Virus record (IMG/VR): IMGVR_UViG_3300024520_000050
Span: 96,001 to 160,000 of that record
Direction: 5' to 3' (one strand)
Source: a virus
Length of the DNA: 64,000 nucleotides
This document shows, piece after piece, positions 1-15,000 of the stretch. The position numbers and the translations under genes are program-made. Each line of letters starts with the position of its first letter. Within the stretch, counting starts at the first letter, position 1. Under the pieces are notes generated by a model. The model searched no databases. It was not told where the DNA came from and was given only the letters and a program-made list of their open reading frames with translations.

Positions 1-3000
1 TTTGCTTTCTTTAATTGCAGGTAACGCATCTTGCTCCCAACTCCAAGTTTCACTTACTTTCTCATCAATCCATGTAGCAAAATCTTTACCCATAGTATAT
101 TTGATAATATCATCATAAGTTTCAATTAAAAATTCTAATTTTTCGATTGTTTTTAAAAGTGGAATTGCTACTCCAGCTTCAATCTCTCCTTTAGGATCTT
201 CAATCAATACACGAATATCTTCAGTAGTATCTTCTGTTACTTGACCTTTGAGTTCATTTAAATATGTAACAGCTAATCCTTTGAATTGAATCGTTTTCTC
301 AATGAAATCACCCGTATACTCACTATTGGCTTTCTTAAATGTTAATATAAGATTTGTATTTAATGTATTGAATGCTTCAAGTGATGCATCAGCAAATGGT
401 TTCAAATCCTCTTTAGACTTAGCTTTAAATCCTTTTTCTAATCCAGCTTTATGCTCTTTAAAGTCAGCTTTAATAGTTTTAAAGTTACTTGTATTTACAG
501 CTTTAGCTTGTTCATCATACGCATCTAAATCTTCAGCACGTTCCTTAGACATATCATCTAAGAAAGATTGAATTTCATCATCTTTAACTAAAGCGATATT
601 ATCTAAGTATGCATCATGACGTTCACGTATTGTACTATTAGTATCATCCATAAACGTATAAGCTTCAGGAGCAGACCAGAAAGTACCTAAATATCTAGGC
701 TTCTTATAATCCATTAGATATAGATTTAACTTATCAATATCATAATCCGAACCAGCCTTAGCAACCATTTCAGTTGGTACAACAATTGTATCACCTGCAG
801 TTGTTGGTAAGAATCTCTGTACACGCATGAACTCATTTGAGTTTAATGCCTGATTAGGAATACGGAAACCAATAACAGTAATTAATGATTTAACTTTAGT
901 AGCTAACTCATCTAATTCTTCATTAGAACCCTCTAATTCGATACGATCTAACAAAGGATGTAATTCCTCAGCTAAATATTTATTAAGTCCATCTAATCCA
1001 CCTTTACCATTAATTCCAAATTGCTCATCAGCCCAACCAATTAAATCAGCAGGTAATGCTAACATGCAATGTGCAGGTAATGTTATATTATTTGCACCTC
1101 TTTCATAATGACGTAAATCAGGACTAGAAAAATGCATTCCATCTTTACCTTCACGTTTAAACTCAGTACCGTCACTCTTCTCTATTTTTTCAAATAAAGT
1201 AGATGCAACTTGTGGAGAACCTTCACCTTTACGTTTCTCTTTAATAACACGAGAGTTAATAATAGCAAATAATACATTCTCAACTTTCTCTTTAGCTAAT
1301 ACGTGTTCAATATAAGTAGAATCCTCTTCCAAAGAAGCAATTGAATTCTTTACATTATCAGACATATTTCTATCCTTAGCCATTTCTAAAGCTACATTAA
1401 CTAAACTTGTTCTATTACCTATATGATATCCAACAATGTTTCCATTTTCAGTACCGTCGTGAGTAATAGGACTTAATTCAAGTTCCTTAATTAACTTATC
1501 AAAAGGACGTTTGTATAATTCAACTTGTATATCCTGATATTGTTTATATAATCCGTACATTGGAGAAGCTTCATACTGCTGTTCGGGGGTTAAATTATCC
1601 CAATTAGCTTTTACTTCTTCCCAATTATCACGAGCTGCATCTTCAATTTGTTCAATAGGTAATCCTCGATATGCATTCCCTTCTTTCAGTAATTGTATTT
1701 GATTCTCCATGTAATCAACTGGTACACCAGCTTCAATCATATTAGAAAGAATTAACTTTCTAAACTGAGTCGATGCTGTAATCTTACCTTTCATACTTGG
1801 AGATTGATCTAACTGTACACCAAAGTATTGGTATGATGTAGTTTGTGTAAGTACTTCGTCTACATTTAATGCAAATTCACCATTTTCATTATATAATGTA
1901 TTACTCTTTCCATCTTCTTTCAACTTTCTACCAAACTTATTAGCAGTAGTAAACTGAGCTAAAGTAACTCCTTTCTGTTGCATTATGTCATTTAACTTAG
2001 ATAAGTTAGTATCTTTAATCAACTGTGGAATTAATGGAAATACAGAGTGCTTATAACCTGTAGGTACAAATAAATTAGTGTCTTCATTTACTTCAGTTAC
2101 TTTAGAACCACTTGACTGATTAGAACTTTCGTTTAATGCCATAGGTCCTGTGTATTGAGTTTTAAGTACTCTAAATAAGAATAACTCTTTATCAGATAAT
2201 TCTTTACCTTGTATAATTTTATTATATGCTGCTTGATGCTTAGGTTTCCAATCTCCTGCTTTAAGTAGGATTTCTTTATACCCAGCCATTGTAGTATACG
2301 CTTGTGCATCTGCTTCTTCCATTTTTAAATATGGTTTCAAATAAGATGCAACCTTATCTTGTATTTTATCCTTTGATAATCCATCTTCTAAAAATGATTC
2401 AGAGAATGCTTTTCTCAATTTAGATACTTGTGGATAATTAGTAATATTACCAGCTGCATCTTTTTCAATATTGTCTTTGGATGCATCTAATGAGTTTCCA
2501 TCTTTATCTAAATAAGTAATAACACCATTTTTGATTTCAATATCAGCAACTTGATCTTTAGCTAAGTAAGACATTGTCAATACTTCTTCTAATATCATAG
2601 ATTTAAATGTACCATCATAGCGTTCTCCACTTAAAATATAATCTGGATTAAATCCAAGTAGAGGCTGTATTGTAATATCATCAATGTTCTTATCAGCTCC
2701 GATAAGAGCTTGTAATGCATCTCGTCTAGTTTTATCTAATGCTTTTGATAGAACATATTCATTGTTTATTAAAGCTTGTAATTCAGTAATATTTAAACTT
2801 TCAAAGTTAATAGTTCCATTTTCATCTTTAAGCACTACACCATTAGTTTCATTCAATACTTCATCAACTACTTTATCCATAACAGAAATCTTCTTAGTAG
2901 AATTCATCATTGACATTCTCTTAAAGAATGCATCTGAATTCTTATACATAGCAGGATCTCCTACAAATAATTTAGATTGTTCAATGTATGCACCAGTTTG

Positions 3001-6000
3001 AATCATATTGAAATCATATAACATTTCAGTTAATGCTGCTTCATTAAGTGCATCAATATCAACGTTTCCATCTTTATCTGTGAAATATTGAGTTGACTGT
3101 TTATCAATATATTCACCTAATAAATTAGATGGAATACCTGTAAATACCATATGAGAAGCGTTATCTTTAAATACTTCAGAAGGTTTATTTGTAACTTTAT
3201 TCCATTGCTTTTTAGTTTTAAAACTATCAGGAATAAGTCCTAATAAACCTTCTTCTCTAATTGTCTCTTTTACCTTTTTAGCTTTAGCATAAAAGAATTT
3301 ATCAAGACCATCATTAAAGTCATTTATATGTAAATCAAGATGTGCTTTAATATCAGCTAATGATTTACCAGCTTTAACCTTAGCTTTGATAGAACGTTTC
3401 ATATCTTCAGAAATCTTACTATCTGAAAAGAATCTAAAGTCACTACCTTTTTCACTGTTTCTAGAATCCTTACCATAAAATTGTAAATCTTGACCAACAC
3501 CAAGTTCATATTGAACCATGGCATTAATTTCATCTAATAGATAACCATAGTATGCTTTCTTAGCATTATCTCTGGTTCCCGGTCCTGCTTCAGTATAAAG
3601 CTTTTTAACTGCTTTAGTTTTACTATCTCTAAATACAAATGAATTCTCTGTACCACGATCTGCAGCTCTAAAGAATGTATAGTATCCTTGCATAGTTGAA
3701 CTAATCATCATTGACCACTTATCAGGAGAATCTAATTCTTTGTTTACAATACCATCTCTGATACCTTGAGCTATAAGTCCATTAAACATTCCTACTTCAA
3801 TAGTAGTATTACCTTCTTCTAGCCAATTTCTTACTACTGAATTCTTAGTAAATACATTGAATAAATGAGGTACTTCTGTACGAAGATCTTGATTAGGATC
3901 AGCAACAGCACTATTAATTCTATTAGTAGCTATTGATAAGAAATGATTTAAAGTAGCAGCATAAATTGTTTTCCCATCAACACTCATATGTTGATTATCC
4001 ACAACTTGATTAGTTACATCAGCAGTATATTCAGCTAATGATTTCATAGTAGCATCAATAGTTCTATCAGTAAATAAAGAATAGAATGGATCATCTGCAT
4101 TTTTCTCTAATGCTTGAGCTATACTATCTTTATCAAGTAATAATTTAAAGATGCTACTTTGTCCATTCTTTGCCATGATTAAATTATTAATATCAGATAT
4201 ACTATTAACTTTCTTAATCTCAATACCCACCGTAGCTAATGCTGTACGTAAGCGTTTAAATGCTTTTTCCTTAGCTTTATTTTCATTAGGTGCATTATGT
4301 GCTCCAGTATAAATATTTTCTGCATCACTTACAAGTCCAATAAATGCTTTTGCAACAACGGGATCCAAAGCTTTAACATCAATTGTTTTATCTTCTTCAG
4401 TAACAACTGACTTATCAACTAATGCATCATTGAAAGATTCTTCCCATCCACTTAATATTTTATCAGATGTTTTATATCTATTAGCATCAATATATTTAAT
4501 TTTACCTTCTCTATCCATTCTCGCAAGTAAAAACTTAGGAGAGAATTTAGAAAATGTTTGAATAAATTGATTTAATATATTTAATTCATCTAATGTAATG
4601 TCAGTATTTGCACTACCGTCAGCATTCATTATCTTACGTAAGATGCTATCTTTACCAACTAATGAACGTAAAGTAGAACCTGTAGTATATTGACCTTCAG
4701 CTTGCATTACTTCTGTTAAAGCAGACATGATTTTATCTCTATCACCTGGTGTATTAGATAATTTCTTAACTAATAAGTTATAGATATCATTGAATTCATT
4801 AGGTGAGGGTAATCCTAAATAACTAGTTACATTTTCATATACTTCTTTGTTATTTTTAGATTTCTGTTGATTTTTGATTTGATTACTTAAACTAGCAATC
4901 AATAATTTAATTGCAGGCGGAACAGAATCCTTTTGATTACGTTCTGTTGAATTATCAAAGAATGCTTTATCTTTAACTGCATGAATTTCATCATCCATCA
5001 TTGCATCATCAATAGCATCTTCAGAGAATTTAAATCCTAAATTATTTATTTGATTAGTATGCATACGAACAAGTTCATTGAATCTCTGAGCTGTATCTTT
5101 ATCTAAATTACCTTTTGTATTAGTAAGAAAGAAATTATTATACAAATTATTAATAGCTTCTATTTGTGCATCAATATCTGCTTTCTTAGTTTTAGTTCCC
5201 CTTAAATAACGACGGATCATATCTTGTACAACTAAATTCCCTCCAGTTCTATTAGCATATTGCCAGCGTCCTTTTGCAGGTCTACCTTTGCGTTCCCATG
5301 AACCAATTAAATCATGCATTCCTTTTACATACTTATGCATCTTTGTTCTTATACTATTATATATCTCATCGGTCACGAGTTTATTTGCAAAGAATGCATC
5401 TGCATCTTCACTGTTACGGAATAAATCGAATAAAAAATGTGTCATACCTCCCATGATAGATGATAACTCAACTTGTGAGATATCAATACCATTAAAGTGG
5501 TAAGTTGACGTTAACTGCTTATTAACTTTTGACATTTGTTGTTGTTTAGACGGTTTAAAATTATTTTCAATCGTATCAACTAGCATGATCAATGTATCTT
5601 TGTAGCCATCTAATGATGAGTCTATATCGGATTCACTTTGATCAAGTAAATTTTTAATAAATGTATTCTGTCCTTGTTTTAATTCTGTAGGTGTAAGTTG
5701 ACTTACTTCTTTGCCATTGAACATTACATCTATGTGAGTTTCAAAAAGAGGTTCATTTTGTAACTCATCCATAAATTTCATATACTCTGTAGGTGCAAGT
5801 ATTCCAGCTAATAACTGAGAATACTCCTCTTTATTCATATGTGCTTGAGCATCATCTTTACTAATATTTAATTTATCAGTAATAACATAAGTACCCATTA
5901 AACTGTATTGATCATCTTCATCAAATCCTTCTTCAAATTTAGCTTTCAAATCATCAGAACTCATAGATAACATTTCTTTGTATTCAGCATCACTTATTTC

Positions 6001-9000
6001 ACCAGATAATTGATCACTAATACTATCAGTGAATTCATTTGGCTCTGGCCACCAACTTAGAGATTCTAATTTATCCCATAGTTGATCAGTTAATGGTTGA
6101 TTAGGATCGATTTTAACAGCTTTCTTTTCTACTTTGATAGTAGGAGCTACCTCTCCTGGTTTAACTTCATCAGAAGGCGTTATTATAGGTTTAGTAACTA
6201 CTGTAGTAGGTTTACTTGAATATATAACATCTCCTTTAATATCTTGAAGTATACCAACTTTATTCTCACGGAAATGAGCAGCTCCAACCTCAAGTACTTC
6301 TTCAAGTACATTACCTTTAATCAAATCAATATTTAAACTCTTAAGTATATTACTTACGATATCAATAAATTCTTGGAATATATTTTTAATACCACGTTTA
6401 GTTTTCATACCTAATTCTTTAACAGAAACACTGTTTAAGAATGTTTGCCAATCAGTACTATTCATAGTATTAGCAAAGAATTCATTCATTGAGTTCTTTT
6501 CTGTTAAACCTAATGTTGTCATTAACTTATCTACATCTCCACCCGAAGTTTGCAATGCATCTGTAAATTGTCCTTGTGTAGTTGAAGTTGAATTAAACAT
6601 CCAATACGCTAATGAACTAATTGGTTTACCATTAATTTCAGATGTATGATTTAATATAGCATTATCTTTACCTGTTGTAGCTAACCATGTAACTAGTTTA
6701 TTTCTAATATCAGTTAAACGTGCTTTATGACCTTGGAGATCTTTATTACCATCTACATCAATTCTATGAATTAATTCATGTGCAATAATAGGGGCTAATT
6801 TATCAGCAGTTACATTACTACGAATTAAAGCACCTAAAGCAAGTTCAATAGCAGTATCTGCATCATCTCCTGTCTTAGAATTAGCAAGTTTAGCATTACG
6901 CCATAAATGCGGAGTATATTTAATTTTTAATCCAATATCTGATAGTTTTAATACAGACATAATTAACTTTACATGGGTTGGATCTGTAATACTAGCATTT
7001 GGATTTACAGCTTCTCCTGGAATTTGAATTAAACTAGCTATATTAGTATTCTCCGCTGGAGTAAAAGTAAGATTCACATTCGGAGAACCACCTACACTAT
7101 CAGATATTAATGAGAATACATTAGCGTCTTTACTATTTGAGTTTCTTCCAACACTTAAAGTTGTTCCAAACTCTTTAGCATTTCCACTTGTTAAATATGG
7201 TAAATACTTAGTTAAAAACTCAGTATTCATTTTTAAAGTATTGATTGTTTTTTCAATACTTTCTCTATTATCGTCAGTTATTTGAGACTGCATATGAGGA
7301 AATACTATAGTCATATAATCTTGTATACTCTTAATAGTACCACCAAACGTAGCACCTCTACTTTCATTATGTAATGTACTTCCTGAAATAATTTCTGTTT
7401 CGGTACTAATATCAGGGAAGTATTTTTTAGCACTATCTATTTGATCTTCTTCTATTAATGTAAGTTCTCCTTTTTTATTAACTAAGTAAAAGTCAGTATA
7501 TAATATGTCTGCTATTGTCATTTCTTGCATGACTATCATACCTTCTTTTGCTGCGACAGCAGTTATTTGAGTATGCCACTGTAATGGTTTTTTACTTACT
7601 TCTCCTCCTGAAACTGCAGTATCTTCACGATAGTTATTTGCAAATACTATTTTATCACCTGGTTTTAATACAGGAATTTCAGTATTAACTATTTTAGCTA
7701 ATGTAGTTGGTTTTTTTGACGCAACAATAACAGGTTTGACAACATCAAATTTTAAATCACTAATATTATTAGATGTAAGAAGTTCTCCATTAAATGCTAA
7801 GTCACCATCTATTGCAGTAAGTTCACCTTTAATATTACCTCTCATTACTTTCTGTCCAAGTTGAAGAGTTTTACCATTTACCTTTAATACATCAGCTGTA
7901 ATAACTCCACCATTTTCATCTTGTAATGAAGGTTTAAGTGACATGTATTTACCAACTACAGAAGTTTTAACACCTATCTTACTTAATTCATCTGGATTAA
8001 GTACATTAGATTTTAAGATCTGTTTCATGTATTCATTGTAACTATCGTATTTTCTAACTACAATTTCTTTAGTTGTAGCATCAATTTCTGGATGATAATA
8101 TTCATTCTTAGCAACATCTTCTTTAACTAATTGAAAATGAACGTGTTTACGTTTTTCTTTTAACATTTCAATCAATCTAGGTACTCCCCAATTACCATGT
8201 GTATCTGAGATTTTTTGCCCAGCAAGATATTCTACTAATGAACTTATTGGGAAAAAAGGTGCATTTGGAACTCTTCCGTCAGCTTTATCTTTTATATATT
8301 GTTTATCAGCAAAATGGATCTTACCACTTTTGATCCATATCATAAATGGTGTAACTGGATTGTCTTTACTTGGTCCACCCCAATTTAATACTTTATTCAA
8401 CAGACCAATATTTGATAGATCTTTACCATGAGTAACTAAATTCATAGATATTTTCTCAGTAGTCCCAACTACATTGAACTCACCTGTTTTATTAAACTCA
8501 CCTTTTCCTTTTGGAACTATATGTGTGATTAAACGCAATACAGTTTCAATATCACTTGATTTTTTTACACTGCTTTTAGGATCAACATAAGTCAATTTAC
8601 CAGATTGAGTAGGTGTTAAACTACCATCTTTACTCTTAATATAAGGTACACCAGATACAACTGTACGATCAGAACCATTTACTTGAATTATAGCAGTACC
8701 TTTAGAAGTTTCACTTCTTACTACTCCATCAAATGTATCTTCACTAAATAGATGTTCTACTGATCTAAATTCTTTACCATCATCAGGTTTACGTTTAAGC
8801 ATATCACCTTCCGATACATTACCAATTTCAGTAAATGCCTTCTTGCCAGAATTTATATGATCAACTATTAGTTTGCGATAATCTTGCATATCCTGCATGA
8901 TTTGCTCTCTAACAGCCTTTATTAAATCAACAACAGGTTCAGCTGCTTTATCTGTACTATTCGTTGTATGATATACTTTATCACCAAATATAACAGTGTC

Positions 9001-12000
9001 TCCGAATTGACCTAATTTAGTATAACCTTCGTAATTACTTTCTTGTAATTTATTTACAATCATATTCTCACCCATTACTAAACTGAATCCAGATTTAGTA
9101 GAATCATCTTTTCTGATATTAGGTATTGTACTAAATACTAAATTATAATCAACTGCTTTATCTCCTTCAAGCCCATACTTTAAGTCACCGTCTTTATTCA
9201 TATAAACACGCTCGCCTTTATTATTAACAACTACAGCATAAATACCAGGATTATCAATATCAGCTTGTAGTGCTTCTTTATCACCTACATAACTCTTATT
9301 ATGTAATTCTTTCTCTCCTGTTTTTGGATCAATTTGAACTATTGGTAACTTATTCATAGAATCATTCTCATCACGAACTATTCTAGGATCATTTTCTGTA
9401 ACACCAGGTTTACTTAATTGAACATATTCAACTTTGAAATTATTCTTAAGATCTTTCTTATTATCAATATATTTATTCATGAATTCCATATGATGTAAGT
9501 CATGCGGATTCTGTGTCATCAATGGCAAACCATCTGCGGTATATTTTCTAACATTGTTAGTTTTATCATAAGTAATATGGCGAGGTACTGTAGAATAAGG
9601 TGTTATTTTACCTCTAGTCCAACTAGATAATTCTTCAACTTTCTTACCAACATCTCCTTCAATCATGTTGCCATCTAGACCCATTTCTTCATCTAACTTC
9701 TTATATGCAGTTTGTTCTTTGGTATCAGTAGTTTTTTCAGCTTCATCCAATGTAGTACTTAATTCTGGATTATCAAAATTAAATATAGCAGTCACAATCT
9801 CTTTAGAATTCTCTAAACTTTTTTGCGCATCTTCTAGTCTACGTAAATCATTTTCTTGTGCTTCACGAATATCTAAAAGTACACCTAATCGTGAATCTTC
9901 TAATTCTATTATATCAACTTCAGTTAAAGTATCTAAGTCATTTAGATCACTTTCCCACATCTTAGCAACTAAATCTGAATATTGTTCATAACCAGTAAAT
10001 TGCTCAATTATTTTTTTACGTTTTTCAAAAGTTTCAGGAGACATTCCTGGATCTTCAGTTTTTAATGCAGCTATTAATTCCTTCTGTAATTTAATAGACT
10101 TATCTAATTTAGCTAACTCTAATACATTGGTTTCATAATGATTAGTGAATTTTGCTATTTCAGCTTCTATATCTTTAAGTAATTTATTATTACTATTATT
10201 ATCAATACTATCACTAATATAACTGATCATATCATTCATAGTACTTAACTCTGATTCTTGCTGGAACTCATTAGAATTTTCAGCTAGTGCATGTTTATAC
10301 TCATTCAACTCATGTCTTTCAGTTTCTAATTTAGTTATCTCTTCAGCTAAATCATTTAACTTGGTAAATAAGTTATGATGAGTATTCTGGTGATCTGACA
10401 TAATTTTATCAGCATTATCAGATAAAGTAGTTAAATTATTATAATGATCTACTTGATTACCTTTAAGCTTCTTATCTATTCTACTAAGTAAACGAATAGT
10501 ACCATTATGTGTATCTTTTAATTCTTTAACTTTGAATTTAACACTTTGCATTTTTTGCTCAGCATCGCCTAGGAATGCTTTAATTACTTCCTTATCAGCT
10601 TTATCTTTTATAATAGAATCCTTAGTAAATTGAATTGCACTATTGATTTGTTCAAGAGTCATATCACTAGCATAATCCATCTTAGTTAAGACCTTATCAT
10701 TTTGGTCATGTAACTTATTGAATGCGGCCAACTCATCAATCATTATAGATAAATTAATACCCATATCTTGTGATATTGCACCACTTTCGGCCATGTTCTC
10801 GATTATATCAAGTATTGCATCGGCATCAATTTTACCGTCTACATACAGGATGTCAGCTATTTTATCGAGGTATTCTTGAAGTGCGTCGTTATCATTCTTG
10901 AATTTATATTTTCCTATTTGTTCAAGTTTATCCATAATGGCATCACGCAGTTCAGACATATTACTTATATTCCTCTGATATTGCTTACTATTTAATAATC
11001 CAAGAAGTTGTTTCTGTAACTTCTTATTCTCCTTAATATTAGTGTCAACTCTATTTAAATTCTCTTGTTGGGTAGCAATAACATCTTCCCACTTTTCTAT
11101 ATCATTATATAACTGTTGAATAGGTAATCTAAGTTCATTCAACTTAGTATCTACAAAACCAATATCTTCAGTTACATTATCAAGTAATTGTGCATAAGCT
11201 TCATACTTTACTATTTGATTCTCCCAACTATTAATACTTCTATTAATACTACTTCTTAATTTTCTGGCTTTGTTATACTCTTTATTAAGTTTAGTTATTT
11301 GACCTTTGTGATAACCTAATGATCTTTTACTACCTTCACCTTTATTAACTATAGCTTCATGCTTAATTATCTCATCTTTAATCTCTTCAAGTCTTACATC
11401 TAATTTATGACTTTTCCAAGCTTGTTCTTCTACTTGATCACCTAATTTATAAAGTTTATCTTGTAATGCTTTAGTTTCACTATCAACAATTTCTTTTTGA
11501 TCAGATGAAAATTGAGCTATAATAGATTCCATTTGTACAACTAATGGATCTGCAAAATCTGTAGATGCATTAGTCAACTCTTCACCATTTTTAAGTGCTT
11601 CAGCTTGTGCCTGTAAATATGTACGTAATTCTACTAAATCATTAAATGTATCAATGATATCTTTATTACCTTCAATTGCAGCATTACGTTCTTCTATACT
11701 ACCATTAAGTAGTTTAGTTTTCTCTTTATTTAGACTCTTAAGTCTAATCATTTTAGCAATATATGCTTTCATGTAAGTATCTCTAGCTTTAGATACTTCA
11801 TTATCTTGTGGTGTACTAGTCTTAATATTCTTCTGTAAATTATCATAACTTAATACAACAGAAGGTTGAATAGGTGTTTTAGTTGGTTCAATTTGATTAC
11901 CTGTATCAATTGATATTTTCCAACTAGCTTCTCTAAAATTAGCTAATTTTGCATTATCTTTACCTTCAATTTTAGCTACAAATTTACCTTTATATTTAGC

Positions 12001-15000
12001 TGCTTTACCTACAAGAACATAACCTTTACCTTTTTCTTTCCTAGTATATATATTTGTACCTTTTTGTAATTCCCATTTATGAGTAATAGGTACCATTCTA
12101 CCTCCTGGTATCTTCTGATAATAAGAACCAATTGCCATTCGTTCAATTATACCATCATCGCCCTTATCAATTTCATATGTGAGATTACGTTTGACTATAA
12201 TACTATTATCTTTCTTGTTAGTTGTAATATTATACAAGCTCATATCTTGAGGTGGTACAATATTTTTAAGTGAATTAGTTAATACAGTTAATTCACGTTG
12301 TTTTAATTCTTTCTTTTTAGTTAATTTCTCACGTTCTTTCTTGAGTGAATTTAATTTCTTAATTAAATCACGTCTACGTGTTGCTTGTTTACTAAGTAAT
12401 TTAATAGGTGTTTTAATAGAATTATCAATAGGAAGACCTAATATAGTATTAACTTTATTTAATTCTTCTATAGCCTTATTAAATGCTTTTACATCTAAAC
12501 CTTTATCAAATGAATCTTCATCTTCATACTGTTTAAGAGCAGTTGCTCTATCTTCTTTCTTTATAGTACCTAACGCATTAGTATATTTAGTTTCATCTTT
12601 ATCTAACTCATCTAATTGTTTATCAACATTTTTTATAACTTCATTGATAGGATTCATTAAAGTTTCTTGTGAAGCAGTAAAATTCTTTTTATACTGCTTG
12701 AATGCTTCTTGGCTACCCGGCTTTAATTGAGACTTGTAATAATATGAATGAATAGCCATTGATGTAAATTCTTCTTCATGTAAAGCTTCAAATTTATATT
12801 CTCCATTTACTTCATCATATACTATACGACCAGGAACATTATGGAGTCCCCAATGTATTCCACCACCTTCTTCTTGTTTTTCAAGTAAATTATTTATTTG
12901 AAACTGGAACCATCTTCGTTTAAATATTTCAAGTGCTTTATTATATTCAATTTGTCTTAACTTATCTTCACCTTCTTGACTTGCTAATTCATCAAATATA
13001 CGATCTAATTCTTTAGATTTTTCTACTGCTTTAAGCTTCTTATTATATATTTCAGTTTGCTCCTTAGATTTAAGAGGTTTAATTCCTAATGCTTCAATGC
13101 GTTTATCATATGGTACAGCAAGAGCAGCTTCACGATGTTTAACTTCCTTAGCTGCCTTATCAATTTCTTTAATCTTACTTTCTACTTCATCATGGTGTTT
13201 TTTTGCTCCTTCAGTAGTAGCCGTATTTGCTTTACTAGATTTAGTAAGTTCCAGCATTTCTGCTTGTAAACGAGCATGATCTTCTTTTAATGCCTTAAGT
13301 CTTCGATCATAAAGAAGTATTTTATTCTTTTCTTTTTCAATCTTAAATGCTTCATCATACTTAGCTTTAGTAGATACTCCATCTTCATCTATTTCAGTTA
13401 AATCTATATCTTCTGATTGAGCTTGTGTAGCTATTTCTGCATCATGTACTTTCTTAGATTTTTCTTCTAAGTTTTTAATATCTTCAGTCAAAATATCATA
13501 ACTCATTCTATTTTTAAATAAAGCACGAGCAACATTACCAGAACGTTTACTATTGTATTCCATCCAACGATCGTAGTATTCATCTACTTTAGTCATGGCT
13601 TCATCAGCACGTTCTTTATAATTTTCATCATATCCTGCTTCCATAGCTTGTTCAGGAGTAAGATTTTTCATTTCATTTAATTGAGCCATTAAATGATCTT
13701 TAGTATTACTTTCGAATGATTCCATTGCAGTACGAGCTAATGAGAATTCTAATAATTCATCCTGCTTTTTACGAAGTTCTTGTTCGTTCATATTATCGAA
13801 CTGCTCAGAAAGTTCTTTCTTTTTTGTATCTAAAGCTTTTTTACCTGCTTCAGTATCAAGATCAATTCCTCCTGAATTAACCACTTCTAATGCAGCCCAG
13901 CCTGCAACAATACTTTCTTTTTGTTCTTTATTAAGAGTTTCTTTACCATTGTCAATAACATCATTAATATCAGATATAGTTCTACCTATTTGGGCTTGAT
14001 ATTTTGCTGTACCTAATACACGTGCATTCTTTTCTATATTAGACTTGAATGCTTTTAATCTATCGTCTACTTCTTTAAATTCATTTGCTTCAATTTCCTT
14101 TTTAGAATAAACACTTTTTGTCATTACAGGAACAGGATTTCCTTTACTATCAAGTTTAACTTTCTGACGTGCTTCTGCAGGTTGTTTTACTTTTTCTCCT
14201 TTCTCATCTAAAGTTGTAATATTAGATTCAATCATATCTTGAACCATTTCACCATCTTCATTCTCAACCATTACATCTTCTAATTCATATACACCATCTC
14301 CTGCATAATGTTTAACAGTTCCATCAGGATAATACTCCGTACTTTTTTGTTTCTCTTGTACAGCCTTTCCAAAACGTTTAGTTTTACCACCAAATGATTT
14401 TTCCGAACCCAATCTATGAAATAGATCAGTTGCTCCAGTTTGAGCCATACCACCTGCTAATCCTAGTACAGATGCTTCTCTTATATCTTTCCATGTTGCA
14501 TCACCATATACATTACCTGTTAATAAAGGTAATCCACCTTCTATTATTCCTCTAGATTTTCTACCGCTTTCTAATGCTAATGCAGCTTCTCCTTCAGCTT
14601 GCTTTTGTGCAATTAATTCTACATTTTCTTCAGCAACTTCTTGTAATCCTTCTTTTAATCCTGAACCAAGTGTCTTATCTTTTAATGATGGTAAGAATTT
14701 TTCAGGTTTAAATCCTTTTAAATTCTTAGTGCCAGCAAGAAATCTATTAGCAGATGTCATATTCAATATAATATTAGCTCTACTTGCATTTACAGTTGTT
14801 GATGCTGCTTGTGCAGCCACTTGCTTAGCATATTCTTCTCCATAACCCATTCCTTTAGCTTTATCATAAGTACTACCATATACTTCGGTGGCACTCATAA
14901 TTGCAGCAGATTGAGTTAATGCTGTTGATGATACTAAATTACGGCCAAAGTCAGCTGCTTTCATTTCCATTCCAACTTGTGTACCTGTTCGACCCATACC

